DNA of 63,336 bases, the filler included, from Craspedostauros australis (Eukaryota), in assembly GCA_030167865.1 (NCBI GenBank). It is 10 parts of 10 records of this genome, joined end to end, with 100 filler letters (N's around TTAATTAATTAA, not from the genome) between each part and the next. Parts side by side here need not be neighbours in the genome. Positions count along the whole stretch, not along the records: positions 1 to 17,494 come from JALAGF010006540.1; 9 more parts are not named here. The stretch is one strand, 5' to 3'. Both the position numbers and the translations under genes were made by a program. The stretch's first letter is position 1; each line of letters opens with the position of its first letter. This document shows, in pieces, positions 1 through 12,853 of the stretch. Under the pieces are notes generated by a model. It did not search any database, was not told the origin of the DNA, and was given only the letters and a program-made list of their open reading frames with translations.

Positions 1-1212
1 AGATACATTGCTGCTGGCATTCCTTACAAAGCAATTCGATCAACGGGGATGGCATTATCGCATCCAACCGCCAAATTCTCCCATCACAAATGTGAAAGAC
101 GAAAGCATATTTCCTGCATTATCAAGACATGTCTCGTCGTCCCAAGGTAAGAACAACGGAAGCCAAATTTTGACAACTGATGCACTGTGGAAGGCCTGCC
201 AACAGTGTTGGGAAAATTTGGAGATGGACAAGGTCGCTCGCGCGTACATCCATCACCATCAAGTGGCGTACGCCATCTTGGAGGCAAAAGGAGGAGATGA
301 ATTCGTCACAAAGAGCAGGGGACTACGTATGGGTGTGCGACAATTGTGCGTTGCATCGAAAGATGAGGATGGAAAAGTGGTTGGCACACGAGTGAAAACG
401 CACGACGAGACTGCTGAGAAGAACAAGATCAAAATGGAGCGTGGACCACGAAACTCGAAGTATGGATTGGATCGCAAACGCAAACGAGACGATGGACACG
501 CGTGTTTGAAGTACTCCACTCCAAGATTCGGTGACGATCGGTCAAGCATCATGAAGATGATGCACTTGTGTGAACTACAATGCATAAAAGATCATATTCC
601 AGAGGACCACTGNGATTCGATCATGATAAGCNGAATCATCAACANCAAACTGGAAGAAGAGAAAAAGGAACGACTCAAGCTGGAAGCGGAACTTGCGGAG
701 AAGAAGAGGACGCCGATTAAGAAGAGCCCCAGCAAGCCAACAAAGAAGATCCCGAGCAAGGCAGCCAAGATGACCAGCAGCAAGCCAGCAAAGAACACCA
801 TCATGGAGACAACACAAAAGGGCATGAGCAAGCCAACGAGGTAAACTATCACACAGACAGGCAGAATGGGCAACACACAGACCCACAGCAGCAACGCCTA
901 CGAGGAGAAGGAAACGAAGTCTATTAGTAGAATTAGAAAAAGCATTAGCATCAAGGAAATAGAGGTGGAGAGGGGACAGGTGTGATGCCATCAGATGATG
1001 ATGGGTGTTCGACAACAACGCAAACCTCTGTTGCTCGGTTTTGTGGGTTGCGACCAGTCACGCCACTGGCCACTCGTTGGTTTTAGAAACTGTAGCGTTG
1101 GGAGCATTGCCGATACTCCCGGGATCATCCAAACACGAGTCATTCTGGCCAGAAAAACAGCAAAAACTCTACAACTAGTGCTATCGGTTTGCCGAGTGAG
1201 TGAGGTGGAAGG
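1..1212 (+). mobile_element. 3' part of a mariner-like DNA transposon, putative terminus ...GAGTGAGGTGGAAGG followed by TA
   Basis: Transposase ORF, then non-coding sequence, then an abrupt switch to copia pol codons exactly at a TA (1213-1214). The other TIR is not in the window. Confidence 0.5.
2..844 (+). CDS. Tc1/mariner (IS630-Tc1-mariner) transposase, C-terminal part; 5' end outside window
   Basis: QPPNSPITNVKD matches the xPPxSPDLxxxD motif carrying the third catalytic Asp. It is followed by LWKACQQCW...AILEAKGGDEF, typical of the mariner C-terminal helices, then a Lys-rich tail. Confidence 0.7.
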   Translation, partial: DTLLLAFLTKQFDQRGWHYRIQPPNSPITNVKDESIFPALSRHVSSSQGKNNGSQILTTDALWKACQQCWENLEMDKVARAYIHHHQVAYAILEAKGGDEFVTKSRGLRMGVRQLCVASKDEDGKVVGTRVKTHDETAEKNKIKMERGPRNSKYGLDRKRKRDDGHACLKYSTPRFGDDRSSIMKMMHLCELQCIKDHIPEDHXDSIMISXIINXKLEEEKKERLKLEAELAEKKRTPIKKSPSKPTKKIPSKAAKMTSSKPAKNTIMETTQKGMSKPTR

Positions 1213-1213
1213 T

Positions 1214-4200
1214 ATGCGCGCGTCCGGACTGAACGTCTACGATCGCCTCATTGAACATCAGGGACAGCAGCAAGTTTCATCGGACGAAATCAGCATACCA
1301 CTGGAGAACCATAAAGGCAACACGCTCCGAATTCCTATCAGAAAGCCAACAGCCCACGAGATGGTAACGGCACAGCATATCATCATATGCGACAGACATC
1401 AGCGTTTACGACGCAACGCAGGTCGGGTCGATTTCACGCGAATCTTCCGGCACCTTCCGCCACACGTGGTGGAGAAGACCATGGCGGCATCCACTCAGCT
1501 GGCGGATACTCCGATCGAGGCAGAGTCAAGGCTCATCCCGCGGCAGTATCGAGCACAGCGAGCAGGAGTGCTGCAACCCAACCGAATCGACGGCTGAGTT
1601 GACACGGACACGTTCTTCTCCACCGTCCAGTCCATCAGGCACTACAAGTGCTTCCAGCTGTTCTCGCACAACCAGTCGAAATTCATCTGGGCGAAGCCAC
1701 TGAGCCGCGAGGCCATGGCGCCAGGGGCGCTCACGGATTTCATCGTCCGCGTTGGCGCTCCGGATCTACTCGTATCAGACAATTCGCAGGTGCAGTCGGG
1801 CAAGGCATGGAAAGCGGTCACATCCCGCTACCTGATCAAGCACCAGTTCACTGTGCCCATGAATCAGAACCAGAACCACGCAGAACGGGCGATCGGCGAT
1901 GTCAAGCGGCATGCATACCAGCTTCTGTGGGCCGCGTTGGCGCCACTCTCATTCTGGTGCTATGCTGTGCAACACGCGATCGACACATGGAACTACACGG
2001 CGAAGGCGAGCCTCCAATGGCGCACTCCAATTGAGATTCTTCGCGGCAACACTCCCGACATCTCAATGTTTCGCTTCACGTTCTTCCAGCCCGTCTGGTT
2101 CTTCGAACCCATGACCAAATTTCCCAACCATCCATTCAAGCCAGGGTACTTCCTTGGCATCGCATGGAACCACGGCGACCCATTCACCTACAACATATGG
2201 TCACCGCGAGGCGACGACGTCACGAAGGGCACCGCGCTTGTGCGAAACATCGTCAAGCCGCGTGTCGTCGAAGACGCCGTTCCTCCACGCATCACAGACG
2301 CGGAAGTCAACCGCATCGCTCGACTCGATATCATCCACACCACTAGGCGCGGCGAGTCCGGCGAACGCGCCAGAACCAAGACATTGCCGGTGGAACTCGC
2401 TCGACAGGTCCGTGAGGCCATCGACGCGATTGCTGTGCAGTCAGGGGCGGCGGCGGGTCCACCGGTGCCGGAGACGCAGGAGGTCAGGGGCGTATCCGCG
2501 AACAACACAACGCCAGCAGGCACGGCTGACCGATGGTTCGGTCAACCAAACGTAATTCCCAACGACGGCGCCATGCCGGAACATAATGCACACGGCGTCA
2601 TCTCGGATGACGACGGCGATGCATCCACGGGTAACATCTCTGAGGAGACCGATGACTCCGAAGTCACGGCGATGCCAGATCCTCCGGAGCACCGCTCTCA
2701 GGGGCGTGAGTCCTCTCTCATCGAGAGAGAGCATGACGAGCTGTTCCGAAATCGGGTCGAAAACGAGAAATCTGACGACTTGACAATCAAATCCATCCTC
2801 AGCCACGCATTCAGAGACGGACATCTACACTTCAATGTGCAATGGTCCAATACTGAAACGCAATGGTTCCGATACGACGTGATCCGAGCTGACCATCCCG
2901 AAATGGTAGCACGATACATCATTGACAACGAACCACGACGCAACGGTCGACACAATCGACAATCGCAAGTCCTACTCAAGTGGGCAAAACATGCTCTGCG
3001 AGCCATCAGGCGCAGGATTCGAAGAATCGAGCAGACTCGAGCCTTCACAATGGATGAGAACGACAATATCATCATCATCAGACGAATCCGTCCAGGCAAG
3101 AAGAAGCCGAAACGAGACTACTTCGCCACTGTATATCAATACGGTGTCGAGGTCCCACGCAACATGAGACATGCATTGCAACTGGATGAGGCCAACAGGG
3201 ATCACCAATGGAGAGACGCAGCGAAGAAAGAGATTGACGCATTGATCGAACTCGACTGCTTCACATTCCACCCACCGACATACCAACCAACAGCAGACTA
3301 CCAGAGCACGAAACTCCGACTCATATTCGCGGTCAAGCAAGATCTGCAACGTAAGGGGCGCTTGGTAGCAGGCGGGCATCTCATCGAGCTGGCGGACAAC
3401 ATCCGAGTCTACTCTTCAACCGTCAAGTTGACAAGCGTCCGCATCCTCGATGCAATAGCAGATGCCAACAACCTGCAACAGCTATGTGGCGACGTCAGAA
3501 ACGCATTCGTCAATGCGTACACCAATGAGAAGATCTACGCGACAGCAGGAAAGGCATTCGACGACAAAGAAGGACAAGTCATTGTGCTCAAGAAAGCACT
3601 GTACGGTCTTCGGTCGAGCGCTCAACGATTCCATGCACACTTCGCTAACACTCTCTCATCGATGGGATTCACGCCATCACGGCATGATCAGGATGTATGG
3701 ATCCAGCGCAGAGACGACTCTGGCTACGACTACATCTGCACCCACGTGGACGACTTCAAGATAGTCGCCAAAGACCCAGATCAGTACATGAAAGCGATCC
3801 AACAAGTCTACACAGTCAAAGACATCGGACCGCCGAAGTACTATCTTGGCAATGATTACTCCAGGAACGCAAAAGGAAAATGGAGCGTCGGATGCGACAA
3901 ATACATTTCCAATGCGCTGGACAAGATTGAACGGCTCCATGGGGAACTGCATGATCAACATGTACCCATGAAGAGCAAGGATCACCCGGAAACGGATGAC
4001 ACACCACTACTAACACCTGACGAGCAACAACAGTTCCAGCAGCTCATCGGCATGCTGAACTGGGTTGTACAGCTCGGACGTTTCGACGTCGCATTTGCAA
4101 GTTCTTCTCTATCACGTTTCACATCGACGCCACGAAAAGGGCATCTCACGAGAGCACTTAAGATATGGGGATACCTCAAGAGCAAATCCACGCTGAGAAC

Positions 4201-4492
4201 CATGATTGACTCAAAACCCATCGCATTCGAGAACTTCAATCCAGAATCGCCCAACCCGGAGATGGTTGCACAGATGAAGGAAGAGTACCCCGAAGCGGCT
4301 GAGGACATTGACGATCAGGCACCAGCAGCGATATATCCTGAGATCCAGATGTGCGCATTCGTCGATGCGGACCATGCTCATGATCTGGTCACGCGGAGAT
4401 CGAACACTGGCATCATCATCTTCCTGGGGCGCACCCCAGTGCACTTCTCCAGCAAACGCCAGACATCAGTCGCAACATCAACATACGGAGCA
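1214..4492 (+). pseudogene. copia pol, first part: end of protease region, integrase, chromodomain-like module, RT, RNase H N-half; one in-frame TGA at 1595-1597
   Basis: ORFs 995-1597 and 1715-4495 share a frame. Integrase VDTDTFFS..LVSDN..QNHAERAI; RT KGRLVAGG, GDVRNAFV, LKKALYGLRSS, THVDDF; RNase H AFVDADHAHD..RRSNTG. Confidence 0.92.
4478..4492 (+). repeat. Target-site duplication, left copy (TCAACATACGGAGCA)
   Basis: Identical 15-mer at 12866-12880 on the other side of the LINE. Confidence 0.95.
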
Positions 4493-4600
4493 TAATACCA
4501 GAATCCGAAAATCCAAAACACACAGTAACAACAATAAAATCCAAATCAGAACACAACAACAATTTCACGGTACTAAGTCTACAGAAGTTTGTACGCAGCC

Positions 4601-7080
4601 ATGGATCGCAAGCAGCCAGCCAAAAAGGTCGTAAAGCAAGTCAGAATTGTAACCGACAAAGCCGACGACAACATGGAGATCGACTCATCGTCCCACGATG
4701 CGCATACCCAACAGACCAAGCCACCGCCAGAGCCAGATCCGAAAGCAAACGAGGAAGCAGAGCTGGAGAAACAAGGATTGATAGGAACAGCATGGAAAAC
4801 ACCCAATGCTTCTCGTTGGAAAAAACTCCCCCAAGAGGTCAGCTCACAGGCCAAAGGATACACGGCAGACGAGGTCTTCGGAGAGGAAGGCAGATCGATG
4901 CACAATGATGTCAAGCAGGCACTAACCCGGAAAGCGATTTGGGAGGACACGAACACCTCGTTGGTGTCGGCGATGGTTCCCTCAGTTCAAGAAGTTTCCG
5001 ACTTTTTCCAGGCAGTGATGGACGGCAGGATCACGAAGCTCGGGAAGGAAAAATTCCGCCCGACGACGCGAACGGAACCAAAATCAAGCAATTGATCGCG
5101 GATCTGTCCCTCACAGATCCCAACAAATGCTTCGGCCCGTCTCCTCAAGGACACAGTCAGGCCACGATGGCGAATCAAATGTCCATCTTGTGGGCGGCAG
5201 CATTCAACCACATGGGCAGCCAATACCAGGAGGAACTGGGACCGCCAGAAGTAGACTCGGACAATGTGCCCATGGACGACGACAGCGATGACAGCAGCCA
5301 CGACCTTGAGGCTCTAATCACCAAGCGTCCCCTTAGACAGTCAAATCTCACAGCCTTTACCACCACCGTCAATGACAAAAAAGCCAAGCGCCCGAAGACG
5401 ACCAAAGCTTCAGCAGGTGCAGCGGCAGCCAAAGTCACAGGTGACGACTCAGCGCAACAAGGCAATGGCGAAGAGGACGCGGATGTTTCAAAATAGCAAG
5501 GGTGGACCACGGTGGAGGCACAAGAGACGCAAATTGGCAACATCAAGCGGCGACACTACGGAAGATTTGAGATGAGACTGAAGATTCCGAAAGGGTCCCG
5601 CACACCAGTTCGCGACTTTCAAGCAAGGTTTGCGCAATGGTGGGAGGAAGCCAAAGAGATGGACAAAAGCTTGGTGATTCGCCCGTGGTACAAGAAGAAC
5701 AAAAAGAAAGGGTGCATCTCCACAACAGAAGGGGTGCCTTCCCAATGGAAAGATCTTCGAGTGTACGTGGGCAAAGCAAATCCAAGCTCCAGAAGCGAGG
5801 ATGTCTACATGCAAATCCTACTGGCGTCCAATGTTGAAATGCAAATCTTCACTAGCCGAAGCACCGAGATGGAAGGGTCCTACGCTGAAGGCGAATACGC
5901 ATACATCCAAGACCTCAAAGACGCAGAACACGTCACAGAGATAGGATTCATGGCATACTCCGGCAACTTCACGAAGGCAAAGCAAGCACTGGAGGTCATC
6001 AACCGGCTTCTCGAGGAAAGCCGAGCCAAGCTCAAAGTGGGGGGAAGAGTCAAATTCATCGGTAAAGTCCAGGAAGACGTCCAGGATGCACACAGAGCCA
6101 ATGGAGGCAGCTGGTACAACGCGCCGTGGATGGCGTTGCATCTCCATGCCGACGTCAAAGACGCGCGCAGAGCATCCAAGCTGTTGGGTCAGATCTTCAA
6201 CAAGAAAGATGCGCCCCGAGGAGGTCTGAACTACCGATACGTCCCTAAGCCGGGTACGTCAGTCATGGGAGCCAAGACCGCCACCAAAGTAAAGGCGATG
6301 ATCAAGAAGCATCAGCGGTATGTGCGGCAGCTCAAGTATGAGCAACTCAAAGGCGACTTCTCGCTCGACGAGCTGGACCCAGAGACAAAGCAGGTCACTC
6401 TTCGGCAATTCCTTGCCACGCAGGTGAAGGAAGGGTGCCCTCTCATCCACGACGTGAGCACGACACACATGGCGGACGGCAAGGACGACGCCATTCACGT
6501 CGTCGCTTTTGGCGAAAGATTTGCCGAGGCAGTGGGCATCATCCACACCATAGCGGTGAGGTGCTCTACGGAAATCAACGAGTCCACAAAAACGTGGTTC
6601 TCCGACGACATCGTGGAGATGAGCTGTCTCATGCAGAAGGACGACAGTGGAGAATATGTCGACACAGAGATGGAGATCGAGATGGACTTCCTGCTTGACG
6701 AAGACTTCGGTGAGGTGCAGATCAACGGCATGGGAATGATAGACGACGACAAGGACACCTCCCCAAGGCGCAAGAAGCCACGACTGGAAGACGAATCGGT
6801 ATACACATTCACCACGGAGCTGGGCAAGTCGGCAGCATCATCGCGGTATACACAACCAGACTCACAAACAGAGGCAGAAGAAATCGAGAATGAACTGGAG
6901 GCAGTAATGAGAGAGGCCAGAAAAGATCAAGAGGCAGAATTCAATCGCAAGAGAGTGCAAGAACAATCGAACGAGATCGCCAGCAAAGATTCAATCATCG
7001 CAGCGTTGCGCGCCCAACTACAGGCGTCCGACTCAGCTCCCCCTGACTCAAGCACGGGAGGGGGTGTATCCAATGAATAA
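4601..7080 (+). pseudogene. LINE ORF1 (~826 aa reconstructed); one -1 frameshift near 5050 and an in-frame TAG at 5494-5496
   Basis: ATG at 4601. ORFs 4939-5496 and 5512-7080 share a frame, separated only by TAG. The C-terminus is acidic and coiled-coil-like. Confidence 0.75.
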
Positions 7081-10000
7081 TGCGAGGCTGGGGGTAGGTG
7101 AAGCATCGCCAACCACCCCCGCAAGCCCAATGGATGCAACACAGGAGGGGACGCGCCAGGAAGGGCAGAACCTCCAGGACCGGCAGTGGGGTGATTCCAC
7201 CAAGACAAAAGGCCGCTCAATATTGAGGATAGCGGCGTTGAACGTGGGATGCCTCCACGCTGAGTCCAACCATTGGAAGAACCGCGACGTATGGCAGTGG
7301 ATTAAACAGCTGAAAATCGACGTGGCGCTTCTATCGGAGATCGGGATCAACTGGGGAAAGATGGGGGGAACGCAGTCATGGAGAGAGATGGCGAAACAAC
7401 AGGTGAACACGGAAAGGCACTCGCTGGCTTATAACAGTCGGGAGAAGTACGGGTCCAAGAAACAGTGGGGAGGAACAGCATGCTCAGTCAATGGAAATGC
7501 CACGGGGCGGGTCGCAGAAAGAGAAGTCGATTCGTCAGGATTGGGCAGGTGGGCCGGCCTCGCGCTGCGGGGCAAGCAAGGCTCCACAGTGAGGATGGTC
7601 TGCGTTTGCGTCCCGACCAAAGGAGGCAGCAGTGCTGGGACCGTATACAACCAGCAAGCCTCGTGGCTGGAGGCGCAGGGCAATGACACCTCTCCAATCC
7701 AGCAGCTTGTGCAGGACTTCGAGATGGCTCTCCAAGGGTGGAAACAATCTGGGGAAACAGTGGTGGTAGGCGGTGACATCAACATGCCAGTTGGTAAGTC
7801 ACAATGGGCCGACATGATGAAGAGACAGGGCATGAAGGAGGCCATCGTCGGTAAGCACCCAGAAGAACCAGGCACATCTACGCACATCCGAGCCCAGTCC
7901 AACAGAATCATCGACGGGATCTGGGTGTCTGAATCCCTGCCAGTCATCCGAGCAGGCTACAGCGCCTTTGGGTCATGGGACCATCGGACGGCGTGGATCG
8001 AGGCTACAGCAGAATCCGTCTTTGGAGTGCAAAGCAAACCAACCCAGAAATTCGAAGGCAGACGAGTTCAGCTAAATCGTCCAAACACGGTGAACAGATA
8101 TCAAACGCGAGTGCGGCAGCAGTACGAGCGGCACGGGATTGGAGCAAGAGTGCAAGCACTACGGGCGACAGTGACCGCAGGACGGCCACTCACCGCTTCG
8201 CAAGTGCAGGAGATCGAGGAAATTGATACGGCGAGAACGGCGGTAGTGCTCGAGGCCGAACGCAAGTCGCGCAGAGTGTTCTTGGGCAACATCCCCTTCT
8301 CCCCGGAGATCAAGAACAAGGCTATGGCGAAGCAGTTCTGGGACTTGGCATGGAAGCGAAGAAACGGAAAAAAGGTCAGCGCAAGGTGGTACGACAGAGC
8401 CAAGAAAAAGGCCAAAGTGACACTACGCACGGCAACTCTGACGGCGGAGGACATCGAACACTGACGCCACCGCGCCCACGCGCAATGGAAACAAGCGCGG
8501 CGAAACGCAGCCGAGCACAGAAAGACCTTCTTGGAGGAACGCGCAGAGGAGGTGGCGCGTGATGGCAAAACAACGGTCGTCACGGCTCTTCAACACATCA
8601 TCAAGAGAGAAGAGGTGGTTTGCACGTTCAAAGCCATACGCAGTGTCATCGGCGAGTATGATGCCAACAGCAAGGTCTCCTTGGTGATAGCCCCCGGCAG
8701 AGACGGAGAGGAGGTGGTCTACGACACAGAGCAATCAGTGATAACGCAATGCATGAAAGCCAACGAAGCGAAATACCGCCAAGCCTACGTGACGCCGTTA
8801 CAGCAGCCCAACTTCGAGCGAGACACCATATCCATGGGGGCGGAACAAGCGAGACGACGACACCGCAGCAAGCTCGGCCAATATGACAACATTATGATGG
8901 AACAAATACTGTCAGGTGACCCACTTCCGTGGGCCAGCCAGCATCTCCACATCACAATGGAGACACACCAACAGCTGTGGTCCAAAGCACGAGAACGAAC
9001 CATGTCTGGTCCGTCTGGTCTGCACTTCGGGCTATGGAAGGCGAACGCTCAGGACGACCAATTGGCGGAAACCGACGCAGCGATGCGAGAGATTTCACTC
9101 AAGACCGGGTACAACTTGCGCCGAAGGCTGCGATGTGAAGACGTGACGCTACTCAAGGAAGCCGGAAACTACCGGGTATCTCGGTTCCGGACCATCAGTC
9201 TGGTTGAAGGCAATTTTAACGCAAACTTGAAGTGGATCGGTAAGATCATGATGCAACATGCGGAGCGACACTCAATGCTTCCAGAGGAGCAGTACGGTAG
9301 CAGGAAGCAACGAAGTGCAGCGGAAGTCAGTCTCAACAACCGTATGACTGATGATATCATCCGCATCACAGGGACCACCAGCGCCATCTGTTCTAATGAT
9401 GCCAAAAGCTGTTATGACCGCATGGCGCACAACCCATTGCGCATGAGCATGGAGAGAATCGGAGTCCCTGAGTGGGTGAGTCGAGGAGTCACAGACGAAC
9501 TGGAAAACATGAAGCACCATGTCCTGACGAGCTTCGGGAGGTCCTTACGAACGTACCCCACGAGGGGGGCGAAGCTTCAAGGCCTGCTCCAAGGCCTCGG
9601 CATATCACCAGCAGGATGGGTAGCGATGAGCTCTCCGCTCATGCAGGCGATGGCTTGGCAAGGCTACGGATTCACATCCGTAAGTCCAGTTTCAAGGACG
9701 ACTACGAGGCTGGTGTGTTTTTCATTTGTCGACGATACCGACCTGATCCACTCGGTGAGGGAAGATGCTTCAAACGCGACGGCATGTGTGGCGGAGGTCC
9801 AAGCTGTGGTAGACGCCTGGGAAGGTATGCTGCGGGCTACAAGCGGAGCTCTGGAACCCCGCAAGAGCTACTTGTACCTCATGGCGTTCTCCTGGGACGG
9901 TGAGAGATGGAAATACAAGTCAGTGGAGGAGCAGCCAGGGGACATCACCATCCGGAAACCTGATAGCGACGCAACATCCAAGCTTCAGAGGCTGCACGTT

Positions 10001-12703
10001 GACCAAGCTCGCAAAGTGTTGGGAGTGATGGTGCGGCACGACGGCGTTCAAAGCAGCAATGAGGAATACTACACACAGAAAGCGGCACAGTGGGCAGACA
10101 AAATGAGACGAGGGAGACTTCTGCGTACGCATGCGTGGATAGCCATGCAGGCAACAATATGGAAGACATTGGAGTACCCACTGCTCAGTTCAACGTTCAC
10201 GAGAGAGGCAGCGGAGCGAATCATGCGGCCAGTCCTCCAAGCAGCATTGCCAGCGTCTGGGATACAACGCAACGTTCCTCGGAAGCTGGTCTTTGGGCCA
10301 TACGAAGGTCTCGGTTTTGGGGTGCATCATCTCTACGACACCCAGATCACGCGGCACATGGAGGCCATCGCTCGGCACTGGGCGGAGCCCAAGCTCACAG
10401 GGAGGCTTCTGCAGACTCAGTTGGAGCTTCTCACTCTGTAAGTGGGAATGCCCCATGTAATGGAGCTCGACTTCGACAAGTGGGGCATGCTTGCAGAGGA
10501 ATCGTGGCTAAAAGCCGTCTGGGCGGAAATCCATGGCGCTGAAATACGCATTCAATGGGAGCAGCCAGTCTTGCATCCTCCTCGCCGACAGGACCAGCCG
10601 GTGATGGATCTCATCATGCAATTGGGGCTCTCCAAGTCAGACCTGCGCGCGGTGAATCTATGCCGACGGCAGAAGCAGGTCCTCTGGGTCTCGGATATCA
10701 CCAACGCCAACGGCGATTCGCTTGTGGCCGACGTCTTGAAACCGGGAGTCACGTCTCTACGCGCGTCGGTACTGAATTGGCCCCCGATGGGCAGGATAGG
10801 TACAGTGAAGTGGCGCGTGTGGGAACATGCAATTCGCCGATGCTTTCCAGCGTCAAGGCCGCCAGTGATAGTTCTGGAAAGACCGCTGGGACCATGGTTG
10901 AGTTATTCCTCGCTACAGCCTCTGGTGTTCCACAACGCAGCTGGAGATCGACTCTTACACCAGCAACGACCAGGGTGCCACTATCGGCGGTTGCCGCGGC
11001 GACGCAGGCAGCAAGTGTACGAGCAGGCAGAGGGAAGTGAATCGGAGGTTCAGGACGCAGTGGACGGATACGAGCGCCACGGGCGTGTCGTGGTCACGGG
11101 TTCTGGGCCAGGTATCGAGCAACCCACGGAGTCGAGACTCGGGTTTCATGAAATGGTGAAGGCGGTGTGCCCGTCCAAATCATGGTCGATACAGGTTTGC
11201 GAAGTTATGGGCGATATCGCGACGTTCTCATTATCACTACGGAATGGCGCTCTCAAGGCATGCAGCGATGGATCAGTTGCCGACGGCAACGGAGCAGCGG
11301 GAGCAGTTCTGCAGGCCCACCACGAAGGCGAATCGGCACGATGCTGGATCGCTTGCCGGGCTCCGGCCACGGATGGCGTCATGCAGTCCCACAGAGCGGA
11401 GCTGGCAGGTCTCTACGGAGTCTTGGTCGTGCTTGAAGTGCTGTGCGGTTCATGTCAGGTCCAGCAAGGGAGCGTCACCGTCGGGTGCGACAACGTGGGA
11501 GCTCTGAAGGCGCTGGACAAGGATTGGTATCTGTCTCCGGCATCGACGGACGCGGATTTGCAGCGAACAGTTCGCAACTTAAGCGTGGAGCTGCCCGTCC
11601 AAATTTGTGGAAAACATGTCAAAGGACATCAAGACGAGAACACGGCGCGGGCCGACCTAGATCAGTGGGCCCGTCTCAATGTGGAGGCAGACCGGCTTGC
11701 TGGAGCGGCGCGAGTGTCCCTGCCCGAGGAGTGTGTATACCAAGGGCACATCTACGGGGAGCGCATGTCGTTTCACCACCGGAGCAAGCTGTCGTCGATA
11801 CGATTTTCCAGTGTCTCCGACAGGAAGGCGGCACAGGAGTCCATCGGAGTCCTTCAAAGGCGGCAGGTGATTCGCGGCGGCGATCAGGTGCACTGGGCGG
11901 CAGTGGCAGGGGCGCTACAAGGCCTCGACCACACCAAGAGGATACTCACTATAAAGCTCATCGCCGGTGAGGCGGCGACAGGCCAGCGCATGAAGCGATG
12001 GGGCCTGAGAGACTCCGACAAGTGTCCCAATTGTGGGGAACAGGAGAGCAGTGAGCATTTCTGGGAGTGTCGGGACCAGGCAAGGGTGAAAGCAGCAGCT
12101 CGTCACATGACAGGCTTAAGAGGCTGGATGCAGAAGTATCCCACGAGCCCCGGTGTTGCACAGGCGATCATATCGGTCCTGCGCAGCCAAGTCGGCGGCA
12201 CGGTGCAATTGCGTCCAGCGGGCATGAGCAAGAGTATGCAAGCGGCGATGGAGAGCCAGGACGCCATTGGCAAAGGGGCCTTGCGGAAGGGTCTGGTCTC
12301 TGCGCAGTGGTGTCTCCTTCAAGACGACTTCCTGCGCAGCCAGGACACGCGAAGGACGGCGCGCCGATGGTCAACGCAGCTCATTCGGAGGATTTGGAAG
12401 ATAGCGTGGGAACAGTGGCAGCTTCGGAACGAAGCACAGTTTCGTCAAGCGGACTCGGCCGATGCTGAAATGGAGCAAGCTATGCGTCAGCGAGTAGCTT
12501 CAATTCGGCAGCGCCTCGAGGGAGACCAACAAGACCACACTCGATTGATCGGCACAGCTCCAGGCGACGACGCGCACGTACCACAGGTCGCGATTTGGCT
12601 CGAGCAAGCTGCGGGGGTGTTGGCGGAGCCAGTTGCTTCTGGCACATTGCTCCGCTGGATCCAGTACAAGCAGCAGGTCCAGCCGGATCCCGGCAAGGGA
12701 TAG
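7073..12703 (+). pseudogene. LINE ORF2 (~1876 aa): AP endonuclease, reverse transcriptase, RNase HI, CCHC zinc finger; in-frame stops at 8462-8464 (TGA) and 10439-10441 (TAA)
   Basis: APE: ALNVG, LLSEIG, GGDIN, IDGIW, DH. RT: EQYGSRK, CSNDAKSCYDR, LLQG, FVDDTD. RNase H: CSDGS, RAEL, GCDN, HVKGHQD, NVEADRLA. Zinc finger: CPNC..EHFWEC. The three ORFs are in one frame. Confidence 0.93.
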
Positions 12704-12853
12704 CGGTGTCGTCTCGAGTGCTAGCACAGCATTACACACACATCAATTACATATCACAGATTCCGTGCCCCCTTCCCGCACGGCGGGAAGTTGAAAGGAG
12801 GCGGAGAAAAGCGCCTACGGCGCAGATGCCATAGAGGTAATCTAATCTTTGCG

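Noticed and set aside
1595..10441. Alternative genetic code or systematic readthrough to explain in-frame stops
   Set aside because: All three stop types occur, each explainable by a point mutation, and intact genes end with TGA normally.
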